A stretch of 64,000 nucleotides of DNA from Botryllus schlosseri (taxonomy: Eukaryota). The DNA lies in NCBI GenBank assembly GCA_051294905.1, contig CM119380.1, positions 11,656,001 to 11,720,000 on the forward strand. Reading direction: 5' to 3'. This document shows, piece by piece, positions 12,201-24,431 of this stretch (position 1 is its first letter; every line of letters starts with the position of its first letter). Under the pieces are notes generated by a model. The model was given only the letters and a program-made list of their open reading frames with translations, did not search any database and was not told where the DNA came from. The translations under genes and the position numbers were made by a program.

Positions 12201-15200
12201 CAATCATGGTATCCTATCAAAGTATGACTTGCACTTGTTCATAATCAATTGCTCATATTGGTTGTATATGGGACATACTATTCAGTTAAATGTACTCATT
12301 TTATCAGGTTTTCGAAGGAAAAGTCAGCAGAATACGTTCAGCAAGAGTTGTTATTTGTGAATTATCCACAATGGCGGCAATCAATCTCAGGCGCAACCAA
12401 ACTAGTACAATCCATATAGAGTTAGCCAGCGATCAAGCAATATATAAATGCCTTATTACATAAATTATAAATTACTACGGTATGACCTCGCGAATACATA
12501 AGATATTTTTATCACTATCTTGAGGAACATTCAGTCTACCGACCAGCAAAACATTGCTATTGGAATGAATCAGCAAATAGGTGTTTATGGCGTTTCAATC
12601 ATATTGCAGCGTGTTTACACACAGTATGGCGTATCTGCATTCCAAGAAATAACGAGGCGTAACAAACTATGAATGTTCTACCATATATTGATATTGAACA
12701 CGAACTATCAACGAAAAAGGAGAAGCTAAATTACGGTCACAAGAAGTGTATACGAAAGTTAAGTCTATTTACGCATCATTCTATATCAATATTAATTAGA
12801 ACTCTTACCATTTCAAACTGTTTCACTGTTGGAGCGGTTCGGGCAGAGTTTCTGAATCAACAACAGACAGCAAGTCTTCAGCTTTCGCTTCGTACAGCTT
12901 CTCAATCTAATCAATGACTGATGACTGTTTTGTCAGCGTCCATTATCTTTAAGAAACTCGTCGCATCAGTCACACAGACATCAACTCAGATTCAAATGCC
13001 AGATGCACGCGCCGTCGCGCTGCACTGAGCAGGTGTCACGTGACGAAGAAGGAAGAAGGCTGTCTGGTTTTCACAATAGGGCCGCGATTGTAGAGATACC
13101 AGACTTGACGTGTTGTGTGCTACGAATGGTCATGGCGTATCATGCTTACTGAATCACGTTGTGATGCCGCCACATGCATCACAATTTCACTTTGATGCTC
13201 ACATTTGTTCTTGTATTTCACTATATTGGGATACATATTCACAACACGTATTTCGCCATGATGTGCAGTGTGCACTGTGCAGTTGTGCAGGTGCACGCTT
13301 GGGTCCTGCTATATGCCTCTTTATAGTTCAGCTTATTAATTTCATTAAATCAATACAACGCACGATTGCGATATATTTTTAAAAAAACAGTACACTAATA
13401 AATGGCTATATAGCCTATATGTCTTACGATTTCGTCCGCGATATGTGCATGTGCATTGTGCAATGTGCATCCCACGTGGGGATGAATAATGATAATATGC
13501 CATTTTGAACACAGAGAGAGAGAGAGAGTCTTTATTTTGAACAAGCCAGCTTGACTCCATGAAAACGATATCCAAGTAGGGGTATCCTGATGAACTCCCG
13601 TGTACGTGGCATCCAGGTGACATACTACCATGATATCCTCTGGAATATTCATTGGTGACGGGAATAGGAATATTCTAAAAATTTTTTCCACTGGAAGTCA
13701 CCTGGAGTTACATAACTGGACGTCCAATTTGTGACAAACTGAGCAAGTCCTCAGTAACTAACCTTGGGAGGTGGGACGAGTTGGAACAATTGTGGACATA
13801 CCAGTAAATCCATGGGACATCGGGTGTTTGCTGGGTAGTGACCGAAATGTGTAACCCTCAGATACTTCATTAGTTCGATTTTTAACTATCACGACAGTTC
13901 GCGGCCGATGGTGTGGTGAGGTTAAATCTGCGTTGTATTCGAAAATTAAGGTGTTCGCAGTTTCCGCGTTTGCTATATATATTCCGCCAGGCTATGTTCA
14001 GCGTCTATTAGGGTCAGTGGCCGAAGGCTTAACCCTCAGATACTTCATAAGTTCGATTTATAACTATCACGACGGTTTGCGGTCGTTTGTGAGGTTAACT
14101 CTGCCTTATACTCGAAAATTAGGGTGTCCCGCAGCTCCCGCGTTTTCAAGGTATTGTCCGCGAGGCCAGGTGTATAATTGTTAGTGAACGACTGTCTGAC
14201 TCTCAGATACCTATTAATTTCAATTTTCAACTTACTACAGTTCTCTGCTATTTATGAGGCCTAAATCGCCTCACTCTAAAATTGGTGTCCCGCAGTTTCC
14301 TCGTTTTAGACTTTAGAGTTCCTTCAATGAGATCTACTAATGTCGATGACCGACTGTCCCGCGTTCCGCCGTTTCCGCTGTTTCCTCGTTTTAGTGCCTA
14401 CTTTGTGCTCTATAGAGGTCAATGACCGACTGTTCCGCGTTCCGCGTTTTCCTCTGTTTTCAGCGCTTTAGGAATCGAGGTTTCCCGCTTTTTCCGCAGT
14501 TTCCGCGTTTTAGGGGCCATTTCCGCGAGTTCCGCAGTTTCCGCGTTCCCTCCTTTTAGGGTTACCCAATAAATATAGAACTCAAGTACCAAGCTTCCAT
14601 GCTCTCTGTCTTTCCAGTACTCATGACAGCGACAGTATCAATAATAATCAATAGCACGCATAATCAATCCACGCCGTTAAGTATCCTATTCCAAACTAAA
14701 CCATCCCTGTGATAAATCCTTCACTCCGCCATTGCTACAAAACCTGTTCTTTCAAATTCAAATATGAGAATCACGCGCGCATGACGCATGCTCGCCAGTC
14801 GCCAGACAGAAGAACGCGGTCTCTTGGTTTTATGGTTGAATGAATTTTAAGCAACAGGCGTGCTCGGCTCGACACGCGAGACTCGACAAGTATCGGAAGG
14901 CCGTAATATATGCATTATCGCTGGCCTAGCTCTTGCGCAGTGCGGCCTTAATTATCGATAATAGCCGGGCAGACTGAGTAGTTCCGTGATTGGAATAGTC
15001 GTCACCATACCATTATTACGGTTGTCAAATTTTCATGTCGGAAGATTTCACATGCATTGGGTATACGGCATATTTGAAACATATTATTTGCCTTGATGTG
15101 GACATTTCGATCCAGTAATGTCACAATAAAATAGCCGCATGTCTCTATAACGTACACTATATCTCTAACAATGTGCGACCGCGATCATCGATGGCCGGGC

Positions 15201-15364
15201 TTCTGAAGTTCCGCGCGATAGAAAGTCATCGCCATATCATCAATCAACATTCTCGTATTCACTCCGATAGATTACAAATAGTAAAATATATCATGACATT
15301 CATGAGTGTATTCAGAAAACTATTTTGCATTGATTGCACAATGCACACTTGAATTCATAGAAAC

Positions 15365-15633
15365 GATTTCCAAGTAGGGACATCCTGACGAACTCCTGTG
15401 TAGGTGGCATCCAGGCACCACACCATTAAGACATCCTTTGGAATAGTCATTGGTGACTGGCACAGGAGCTTTCTAAAATTCACTTCCTCTGGTAGTCACC
15501 TGGAGTTACATAAATTGACGTCCAATGATGGGCATACTGAGCAAGTCCTCCGTAACTGAGTGTGGGAGGTGGGACGAGTGGGAACAATTGTGGACATACC
15601 AGTAACTCCACGGGATATCGGGTGTTTGCTGGG
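15365..15633. mobile_element. Orphan right end of a CMC/EnSpm element
   Basis: Diverged homolog of 13565-13835, ending cgggtgtttgctggg; no matching left end found between 14577 and 15365. Confidence 0.8.
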
Positions 15634-18567
15634 AACCAACTCTGCGAAATAATGGATAGAAACGACCTTGTCCTGTTGAATTCATCGTCACCCACTGGTA
15701 TGAATATTGCGTGTGATGACGTCCATCGCTGGTCACTTCTTGATCTGTCGATGTCGTCTCGGGACATTGCGGCGAGATGTGCCACAACAGTAACCGACCA
15801 GCTCATCGGTAGTGATCACGTTGTAGTCCAGACCACATACAATAATAGGGCGTCGTGCAATTCATCAAAACGTAGATGGGATTACAGTAAGGCGAACTGG
15901 TCAGCCTTCTCGGCTGCTGCGGATTTCCACCTCCAATCCAACTTCGTTCCTATGGGGGAAACTGAAGACCTTCACCGCCATTTCACAAATAGCCTACTTT
16001 TAGCGGCGGGAGAGTCGATCCCACGACCGAAAATATCAACGAAAATAGCCGTACCTTGGTGGAACGTGGGATGTACCCGTGCTGTGCGCAGGAAAAGGGC
16101 TGCTTACTTGAAAATGAAACGTACGTTTCACATTCGAGACGTGATCGCCTTCAAACGCATGAGAGCCGAATGTCGAAAAACCATCCTTTCTGCTAAACGC
16201 AAATGTTGGGAGGATTTTTGTGGTACATTGGACTCCCGTACGCAGATGGCGAAAGTCTGGCACGTTATGAAATCTATGTCGGGAGTGCATACGTTCAATT
16301 CCATACCAACGCTGAAGTCGAACGGGTCTATTTCTCAAAATAACAGAACCAAAGCTAATACACTGGCTTCACACTTCGCAAAAACGAGCAGCTCCGACAA
16401 CTACCCAGCAGGATTTCGTATAACGAAGGCTAACTTTGAAAACACGGTTCATCTTACCGCTGACAACGAACCAGATCGGCACAGGAATTCGATCATAAAC
16501 ATCGAATTCACTCTTGCCGAACTGAATCAAGCTTTGCGTAGCCGAAAATCAACTTCACCCGGGAAGGACTCCATAGGGTATTCGATGTTAAAAAATCTAT
16601 CATCCTCCGGTCGCACCGATCTTTTGAAACTATACAATGCATCCTGGGAGACGGGGAAATTGCCAGTCTCGTGGAAACATGCCATAGTCTGCCCAATTGC
16701 CAAAAAGGGCAAAGATCCTACCTCTGTGGAATCGTACCGTCCTATATCTCTCACGAGTCACATTTGTAAAGTCATGGAAGTAATGGTCACCAATCGATTA
16801 AGATGGGATTTGGAGTCAAAAAATCTGATACATCCCTCACAGTCCGGCTTCCGGTGTGGTCGAAGCACCCTGGACCACATACTGCGTCTCCACGACACGA
16901 TTTACAAGAATATCCATCACCAGCGATCGGTGGTAGCGGTCTTCTTAGACATAAGTCGAGCCTACGATATGGTGTGGCGCCACGCACTTCTGTACAAACT
17001 ATACCAGCTCGGTATACGCGGACACATGCACCGATGGATTACAAATTTCCTTTCTGACAGAACTTTCCAGGTGACCGTAGGAAACACTCTTTCCGACAGT
17101 TATGTACTGCAGAACGGTATACCACAGGGAAGCGTTCTCAGCCCCTTGCTGTTCGCGGTAATGATCAATGATTTACCGAGCTCGTTAGGTCATCGGTCTG
17201 AACATGCGGTGTTCGCAGATGACTGCGCTGTTTGGGATAGCGGTCTTCTTATCCAGCCCCTCTTGTCTTCCATTCAATCATCACTCGATGTAATAAGCGA
17301 CTGGTGTTCCAGATGGGGGTTTACCATCAGCAAGGCAAAGACCGTAGGCATGCTGTTCACGAAGAAAAGGAAAATTCCTCCACTTATCTTGAAAACTGGT
17401 GACCATGAACTTGAATTTGTCGACACCTACAAATATTTGGGTATCACGTTTGACAAATTGCTTAACTATAAGCAACATATCGATACGATTTCCAAAAAGT
17501 GCTCCAACAGACTGAATCTAATCAGAGTCGTGACTGGTACCACATGGGGAGCGAGTAAAAGACCATTGCTGCAACTTTTCAGGGCGCTGATACGATCACT
17601 GATTGACTATGGGTTACCAGCATATTACTTCGCCCCAAAAAAGTATCTGGACAAGTTACGCACCATACGAAATCAAGCTCTCCGCCTCTGCTGTGGAGCA
17701 ATGCGCAGCACCCCCATTTGTGCACTTGAAGCATCATGTGACGAGCTTCCTCTCCATCTGCGCCACAAACAGCTTAGCCTTAACTATCGCTGTCACCTTA
17801 GAGGTTACCAGGCTCACGAACATCCAACATTAGGAGTGCTTGAAGACTCTTGGCAGGAGATATATAGCCTCATGAACCCAAAATTCATTACCTTCAACAT
17901 CGCCACCAATGTCGAGTCTCTGAATAACCTTGTCTTGGAAAGAAAAAGTCTTCCAAATCTGCCTCCATGGCTGATTCAATCACCTAATATTGATTTAGAC
18001 CTTGCAAAAATCATTAAAAAAGATATCGCACCTCTGTCGCATAAACCCATAGTCCTGGACTTCATATTCGAACGATATAGGGATGCCACTGAAATATACA
18101 CTGACGGCTCCAAATCAGCAGAGGGAGCCGGTTTTGCCTTTACCATCCCGTCGCTGATGATAAACTTTTCCCAGTCGTGTTCCACTCTTAAGTCAATCTT
18201 CTCCATAGAAGCACAAGCCATTCTCCACGCTCTAAAATGGATCTGCCAGAATGGCTCATACCAACAAACATATCTGATTCTATCGGACAGTCTGAGCGTG
18301 CTATCCGCTATGACCAACCTGCAGGCACCGCAAACGCAGAATGTTATATTTGAATGTGGTCGCTTGCTGAATCAAGTGGTTCAGAAAGGCGCCATTGTTG
18401 TCCTGGCCTGGGTACCGGGGCATGCTGATATCGGTGGTAATGAATTAGCTGATAAATTGGCTTGGCAAGCTGCCAGGACCAATATCGAAAATACCCCTTC
18501 TCAGACGCTTCCAGAAAAAATTAGCCACGCTGAGGCGAAAGCCGAAGTACGTCAATACTGTAGAGCG
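15634..18567 (+). CDS. LINE ORF2 part 1: partial APE endonuclease, reverse transcriptase, RNase H
   Basis: 978 open codons; motifs YRPISLTS, QSGFR, FLDISRAYD, GIPQGSVLSP, FADD, YLG; RNase H YTDGS..E..SDS..WVPGH..NELAD. Confidence 0.93.
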
Positions 18568-19868
18568 GGTTGCCAGTGAACTCGGCACCTGGTGAACTCG
18601 GCACCTTGAACTCGGCACTTGGTGAACTCGGCACTTGATGAACTCGGCACTTCGTTTTACCGTAGATGCTGTGCGATCTCTATTGTTTCAAGTTTATGAC
18701 AATACAATGTTCCCCATGACACCAATAAATGTTTCCCATGAACACATCGAAACTTATGAAGGCCAAAATAATCAGTTTTTGCCTTCAAAGAAACGGTTAT
18801 TATAATTTAACTATATTTTGTTAGAAGGATGTTTCCCTAATGTCACCCTTCACCTTGCTCCTTATAAATTAAATATCGTCCTTCAACTATATTTTATTAG
18901 CAGGATGTTTCCCTAATGTCACCCTTCAACCTGCTCCTGACCAGCTACCTGTGACAAAATCACACCTTCCTATAAGTAATCAGCTAATACAAAATCAGTA
19001 TTGTTGTGTTGTCTATTGAACTTATAAAATCTCTAATAAACCTAACAGTTGAACTTATCAATTACTAATCAACTAATAAATAAAATATATATATATTTTG
19101 CACGATTCTTGCATCTCCAAAGAATTGAGGCATGTTTTTTTCATCTTCCTGGTGTAAGAACGATCGACCTTAGTCGTCAAACAGCATAGCTCATCCTCTT
19201 TGCGATACACCCTCCAATATTTTATTAGTTGACTCGTCCGAGCATGACATTTCAGAGTTGACCTGAGCAGCGGACACATCGGATAACGACGACTCAATGA
19301 GATCATCTTCCTGCAAACGAAATTATAAGTTAAAATCTGATCACTCATATCGAATTAATTAGGACTATTTAACTTACCTGGTTGTTAAGATCGGCTACCG
19401 GTAGCGGCCCCACTTCAATCTCAATGGCATCTTCCTGCAAGCAAAATTTAGTTGAAATCTGATCACTCATATCGAATTAATTAGCACTATTCGACTTACC
19501 TGGTTGTTAAGATCGGCTACCGGTAGCCGCCCCACTTCAATCTCAACGGCACCTAGCTTCCTGCAAACAAAATTTAGTTAAAATCTGATAGCTCGCATCG
19601 AATTAATTAGCACTATTCGACTTACCTGGTTGTAAAGATCGACTACCAGTAGCGGCCCCACTTCAATCTCAACGCATACGTCCAATTGTCCATGTCCATC
19701 GCATATATCAATTATTCCCTCTATCCGTCAAATTAGCAATACATGCACCGAGTAGAGTGTAGACCAACACCGACAGACGGCATTGTTGCGTCACAATATA
19801 AGCGCCGATTTCACCAGGTGCCGAGTTAAAGGTGCCAAGTTCACCAGGTGCCGAGTTCACTGGCAACC
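18568..19868. mobile_element. Non-autonomous DNA transposon (1301 bp) inserted in LINE ORF2
   Basis: TIR ggttgccagtgaactcggcacctggtgaact; exact 8-bp TSD gtagagcg (18560-18567, 19869-19876); tandem gaactcggcac subterminal motifs. Confidence 0.92.
19304..19675 (-). repeat. Three ~124-bp tandem units, each resembling an exon plus intron on the minus strand
   Basis: Each unit has cag|GTAAGT donor and tttgCAG acceptor; introns 65-67 bp; exon 19378-19434 is 57 bp and encodes EDAIEIEVGPLPVADLNNQ. Confidence 0.75.
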
Positions 19869-19876
19869 GTAGAGCG

Positions 19877-20263
19877 ACCTGGAACGCCGAATATCAACGA
19901 AATGAGCGTGGAGGTCACTATCGAAATTTCCATAGATCATTGACTGATGGCCACTTTCCATCGATGCATCGACATAGGCTTTACGAACGAATAATATTTC
20001 GACTTCGTTCAGGCCATTGCCGCCTGAAAGCGCATTTATATAAAATTGGATGTAGCGACACCGACCTATGCGACCATTGTACAGTACCTGATACAGTCGA
20101 GCATTTTTTGCTGCACTGCAATCGATATGATTTTCATCGGAACTTTTTAATCGACAGGGCGCGCGAGCTCAAAATCACTGCAACACTCGAAAATCTACTG
20201 ATCATCCCCGAAATGTTATCCCATGTTGCAGAATTTGTTATATCTTGTGGTACTTACTTGTAA
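19877..20263 (+). CDS. LINE ORF2 part 2: C-terminal zinc knuckle region
   Basis: Removing the insert plus one TSD gives in-frame ..QYCRA|TWNAEY..; contains RLRSGH and C-x2-C-x7-H-x4-C (CDHCTVPDTVEHFLLHC). Confidence 0.9.
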   Translation, partial: TWNAEYQRNERGGHYRNFHRSLTDGHFPSMHRHRLYERIIFRLRSGHCRLKAHLYKIGCSDTDLCDHCTVPDTVEHFLLHCNRYDFHRNFLIDRARELKITATLENLLIIPEMLSHVAEFVISCGTYL

Positions 20264-20399
20264 ATCGGTTATTGACCATATTTTGGTAAATCGCTCATTC
20301 TAGTCCGTGACGCACCTGGCCTTACAGGCGAAAAGCGTCACTCATCTTTTCATCAATAATAATAATAATAATAACAGTACAATATGCGATATTTAGCAC

Positions 20400-20649
20400 T
20401 GAAGCAGGTGCGCGAGAAAGTAGCTTGCTAACCAATTTGTGGTTGCTATGCGACCTAGTCACGTGATCGAAGTCCTGCAAAAGGCCTATTCTCTCCGTCA
20501 TAGTACTGTTCAGCCACTGTTAGCAGCTGGGCATGCGAGGTTTGTTTGATGTCTTTTACGGAAGCCGAATTGTTGTGGAGAAATGATCGACATCTTGGCG
20601 AGGAAAGAAGGTAGGCGGGAGAGGAGCACTTTTTCGAACACAATTCCAA
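20400..20649 (-). pseudogene. CR1/L2-type LINE RT fragment (continuation)
   Basis: Minus strand reads GIVFEKVLLSRLPSFLAKMSIISPQQFGFRKRHQTNLA, continuing the YRPISV motif after the inserts are removed. Confidence 0.8.
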
Positions 20650-21487
20650 TGTAACAGACCTACGTCTGTAGTTGATCACACACAATTCAACAACTGCTGC
20701 AGAGACTTTATTATACGTCTGTCCGCCGAAGCGGTCAGAAGCAAAAGAGGAAGTGAAAGCACGATGCGATAATACTACAACTGACGTAAGGGGCAGTATA
20801 GAGCACGGCTGCGACACTATTCCCCATCAAACTTGAGAAGTGCCTATAAAAGCACTCTCACAAACTACAATAAAAAAAAAGCAACATCAAAACCGACAAG
20901 TTCAAAATCACCAACAAAATCGCAAACATCCGCATGACCGCATCACATTAGCAGAACACTAACCCTAAACTAACATCAGTGAACAATTCCCTAAACTAAA
21001 ACCCTAACAACGCCGCGCCACATCAACGGGAGAGTCACATGCTCCATCCCCTCTTCATGACATCGGACCGGGAGAGTCACAAGCTCCATCCCCTCCACGC
21101 GCGCTTACATCAGTTCCGCCAGTGAAACAGTCATTACGAAGTGAAGCCATCAGTCAAGTCTTCAAACTTCTCATATCGATGCAAAACTGCTTCTTCAATC
21201 GGTTCAAATAGCCAATGCCGAAATTGAATTTCCGCCCCTCTTTCAGCATACCGGTACTGTCCAGGAATCTTCAGAATTGCAGCCAAATTAATGAAGTATC
21301 GTTTTTAGCGTGCTCGCCATTGTAACAGACCTACGTCTGTAGTTGATCACACACAATTCAACAACTGCTGCAGAGACTTTATTATACGTCCGTCCGCCGA
21401 AGCGGTCAGAAGCAAAAGAGGAAGTGAAAGCACGATGCGATAATACTACAACTGACGTAAGGGGCAGTATAGAGCACGGCTGCCACA
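20650..21487 (-). mobile_element. TRIM-like miniature LTR retroelement, copy 1 (838 bp)
   Basis: 167-bp LTRs 20650-20816 and 21321-21487 (TG..CA, 2 mismatches); 4-bp TSD ccaa; PBS-like tggcgagc and PPT ggggaatag on the minus strand. Confidence 0.92.
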
Positions 21488-21503
21488 CCAATACACGGTA
21501 GAC

Positions 21504-24416
21504 CAGGGATGGGCAAACTTTTGAGCTCACGACCCGCATTCAACATCCGAATCCATTCGCGGGCCGCACTAAATAAAATTGGGATTATAAACCAAAACGC
21601 AATATTGATATTTGATTATATAGTGTGGACATGAAGATATGTGTCAAGCCAAACATTGCTTTGATGATATCGTACATGCGTCAGAAACATATATAGTGGC
21701 GAGATTTCATAGGCTGGCGGACCTCAATAACCAATTTGCCCGATTCTTAGAACAGGATTGAAATTTAAATCTGTGAGAAGTGATCTGTTCATAGATTTAC
21801 TAATTCCACTTTTGGTTCAGTTCCGGGACACACAATGCTGACAGCATCATGACCATGTCAGCTTCTACTATGTGTAGATAAAATATATATAGCCCAGTGG
21901 CGGCTCGTCCTATAGGGCAACTGGGGCATTGCCCCACCTAAAATTCTGTTCAATAACAATTCTTCACCATTTATAGACGCACACCTATCTATATAGACCG
22001 AAATCACAGCGAAAATCGTATACTTCTTGTCCTTTCGCTTGCAAATGCCCATATATAGCGAAGTCTGTGCGAAAATCGAATTCTCTTCTGTGTTTTCGCT
22101 TTGCGAATGCCTAGCCGGGGCTTGCCCCGGTAGCGCTCATAACAAGCTTTCACTGTCTATTCTCTCAAAGCCGCGCACAATAAAGAAACGGTGATTTACT
22201 CTCTCCTATTCATAAAATTACCGAGCAACCGGGGCACGATAGCTCTGTGCCCTTAAGGTGTGATGTAACAATCGTATCTATAGCTGAACTCTGTTACCGT
22301 CATCTGCGTTTAGTCGACCTTTGCTGGTATAGGTCGATTTTAATGGGGTTTCACACCATGAAAACTCTTGAAACTTGTTCTGTCATGTCGTGATGGTGGT
22401 ATTTAACACTGCCACAAGTTTCAGGGTTCTACTTAAAGTTTAGGGTAGTAATTCCGTTTCCGAAGTTGAGTGTGTGCTGATCCGTCATGTATCGCAAACA
22501 GATTTTACTCAAAAGTCGGTATTGGTATCCATTGGTTTTGACGATGTTCAATACCGAGATCGGTTATGACATTTGGCACGGAAAGTCTTAATGTTAGTAT
22601 CGAACGCTGTACCAAGTTTTAAGTTTGTCACTGAACTGTGTTAGTGGTAATTTGGCTTCCTAATTCGAGTGAAAGCTGACTAATCATTTATCGCTAACAG
22701 ATTATACGCAAAGCCGGTATTGGTCTCTATTGATTTTAACGATGCTCCTTACCTAGATCCGTCATAAGCTTTTGCACGGTATGTCTTGATTTTAGTATCG
22801 AACGCTGTGCCAAGTCTCAAGGTTGACACTCAATGATTAGGGCAGTAATTTCGTTATCAAGGTCGAGTGTGGTAAAGATGTGCTCCGATCTGACACTTTA
22901 GCCTACAACACATTGCGGATTTCACGCAAAAGCCGGTGTATCTGCAGTAACGTTAACAGAGATGATGATATCATTCTCAGTTTGCATTCAAATATTTACT
23001 TTGATATTATATTCTCCAATGTCAATTTCACCGTGAAATTGTGGCCTTCAAGCCATTTGATTACAACCCCCTGTCAAGCGCGATAGTTATTTCGTTTTCG
23101 ATGGCGGCTAACAGCTGATCACTTGATCAGCCTATTCCTCAGTAAATTTTACGCAAAATTCGGTGTTGGTCTGTTCGCATTAATTTTGACAGTGTACCAT
23201 ACTGAAAAGAGCCATGAGGCCACTTCTCGATAATGTCATGTAACAGTGTACCAAGTTTAAGGCTTTCATCCACGTATTTATTCGGTAATATATTTTCCAA
23301 AGGCGATTTCGCAGCAGACCTATAAGACAGTAATAAAAACGTATGTGTCGTGTTACAGTCTCCAGTTTCAAGGCCAAAATCTCTTATGCTGTACCGACTA
23401 CCGAGACCAAATTTCCGAGGCTGCTATTCTTAGTTCTTTAGAATGATGTTTTGGATTCAATAGGACAGGCCCAATCTATGAGATAACAATTGCGTATCTG
23501 TCCGAATTCGTTGACCTTTCCAATTAGGCTTACGCTATCTCTCGAGTTATAGTCATTTCCATTTCTGCAGATAATTAGTCAGGTCTAATGCGAACATGAA
23601 CCGTGTTGAATCTTTGTTCCGTACGCCGTCTACGCAGTTACCACACTTCAAGTCACAGCTCACCAGCAGACCTCTCGTGGCACATACGTTAAAATCACTG
23701 TTGCCGGGAAATTCATGTTACCGTACCATCATTAAGTTAATTGTTTACGTTGGAAAACGCCATTGTGACGTCATCTTGATAAAAGTCGCTTGCAGCCCTT
23801 GCCCCACCACCCGATATTGTCACGAGCCGCCACTGATATAGCCTACCCCCATTCTATGCATACAGACAACGAATCCACGTAAGACACGCTCGAATCGTTT
23901 TTTATAAGCACATCACTGAAATAATTAAAAATGTGGTGGCCAATCTGAAATCCCACTGGTGATCAAAATTATGTCAATCTTATTGCAGCTATCCCGCTGT
24001 GATATTAAGTATTTACCTTAGATAAGTGGTTCTCCAACTTTTTAAGACACGCCCCACCCCCCTTGTGATGGTGAAAGATTTCGCACCCCCTTATCGTCAT
24101 ATCACAAAACGCAACCAGGATGCTATGCAAACCTAACGGGTAGTTTGATGGCGTGGATGGTTACGACTGTGGATGAGAGGTTTTTCAACATGTAATTCAG
24201 ACTAAATACAGAGCAATAACTGCTATGAATTGGATGTAAATCACGCGAAGCGCGAACAAATTCTTCAGTTGAGCTCAGCTTCGCGCCCCCTTTAGAATTA
24301 TCATGGTGAAATATACTAAGAAAAAGTTAATCAAGTCCCTGCATTAATTCGATTTTTAGTACGCATTTTATCAATATTAAAAAAAATTCTTTCGACGAGT
24401 AGTTTGCCCACCCCTG
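21504..24416. mobile_element. hAT non-autonomous element, CAGGGGTGGGCAAAC family, with nested insert
   Basis: TIR caggg(a/g)tgggcaaact; exact TSD cggtagac; homologous to 30672-31772 once the insert is removed. Confidence 0.88.
21895..23835. mobile_element. hAT-type element with internal ~200-bp tandem repeats
   Basis: TIR cagtggcggctcgt; exact TSD atatagcc; gtatcgaacgctgt at ~22597 and ~22796. Confidence 0.88.
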
Positions 24417-24431
24417 CGGTAGACAGATATA

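Larger units (their letters stand above)
7536..13835. mobile_element. CMC/EnSpm-type non-autonomous element (6.3 kb)
   Basis: 21-bp TIR cccagcaaacac(t/c)cgatgtcc fits the CMCWR terminus; TA duplicated on both sides; uninterrupted site tataatcgtTAgtgaccgaaatgtg present in the left foldback arm (~5400-5430, reverse complement). No transposase seen. Confidence 0.85.
4686..14567. mobile_element. Foldback/MULE-like non-autonomous transposon with long modular TIRs
   Basis: Ends gggtaaccctaaaaggagggaacgcggaaactgcgg and its reverse complement; exact 9-bp TSD aataaatat (4677-4685, 14568-14576); arm 4686-~5430 mirrors ~13838-14567. A 9-bp TSD with long TIRs is typical of Mutator/Foldback. Confidence 0.85.
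15634..20374 (+). mobile_element. 5'-truncated I-group (I/Nimb-like) non-LTR retrotransposon
   Basis: APE C-terminus (LLDL..GSDH), RT, RNase H, C-terminal CCHC, short 3' UTR and (AAT)6 tail at 20355-20374. Confidence 0.92.

Noticed and set aside
4500-14630. Solo LTR split by the foldback element
   Set aside because: AATAAA and LTR-like composition are present, but TG..CA ends and a TSD could not be fixed.
15562-15633. N-terminus of the 1005-aa ORF as real protein
   Set aside because: It starts at GTG and derives from the CMC terminal repeat; LINE homology begins at 15634.
20455-21539. Repeated QPCSILPLTSVVV ORFs (also 41487, 42160)
   Set aside because: Read-through of the non-coding TRIM LTR; no gag or pol motifs.
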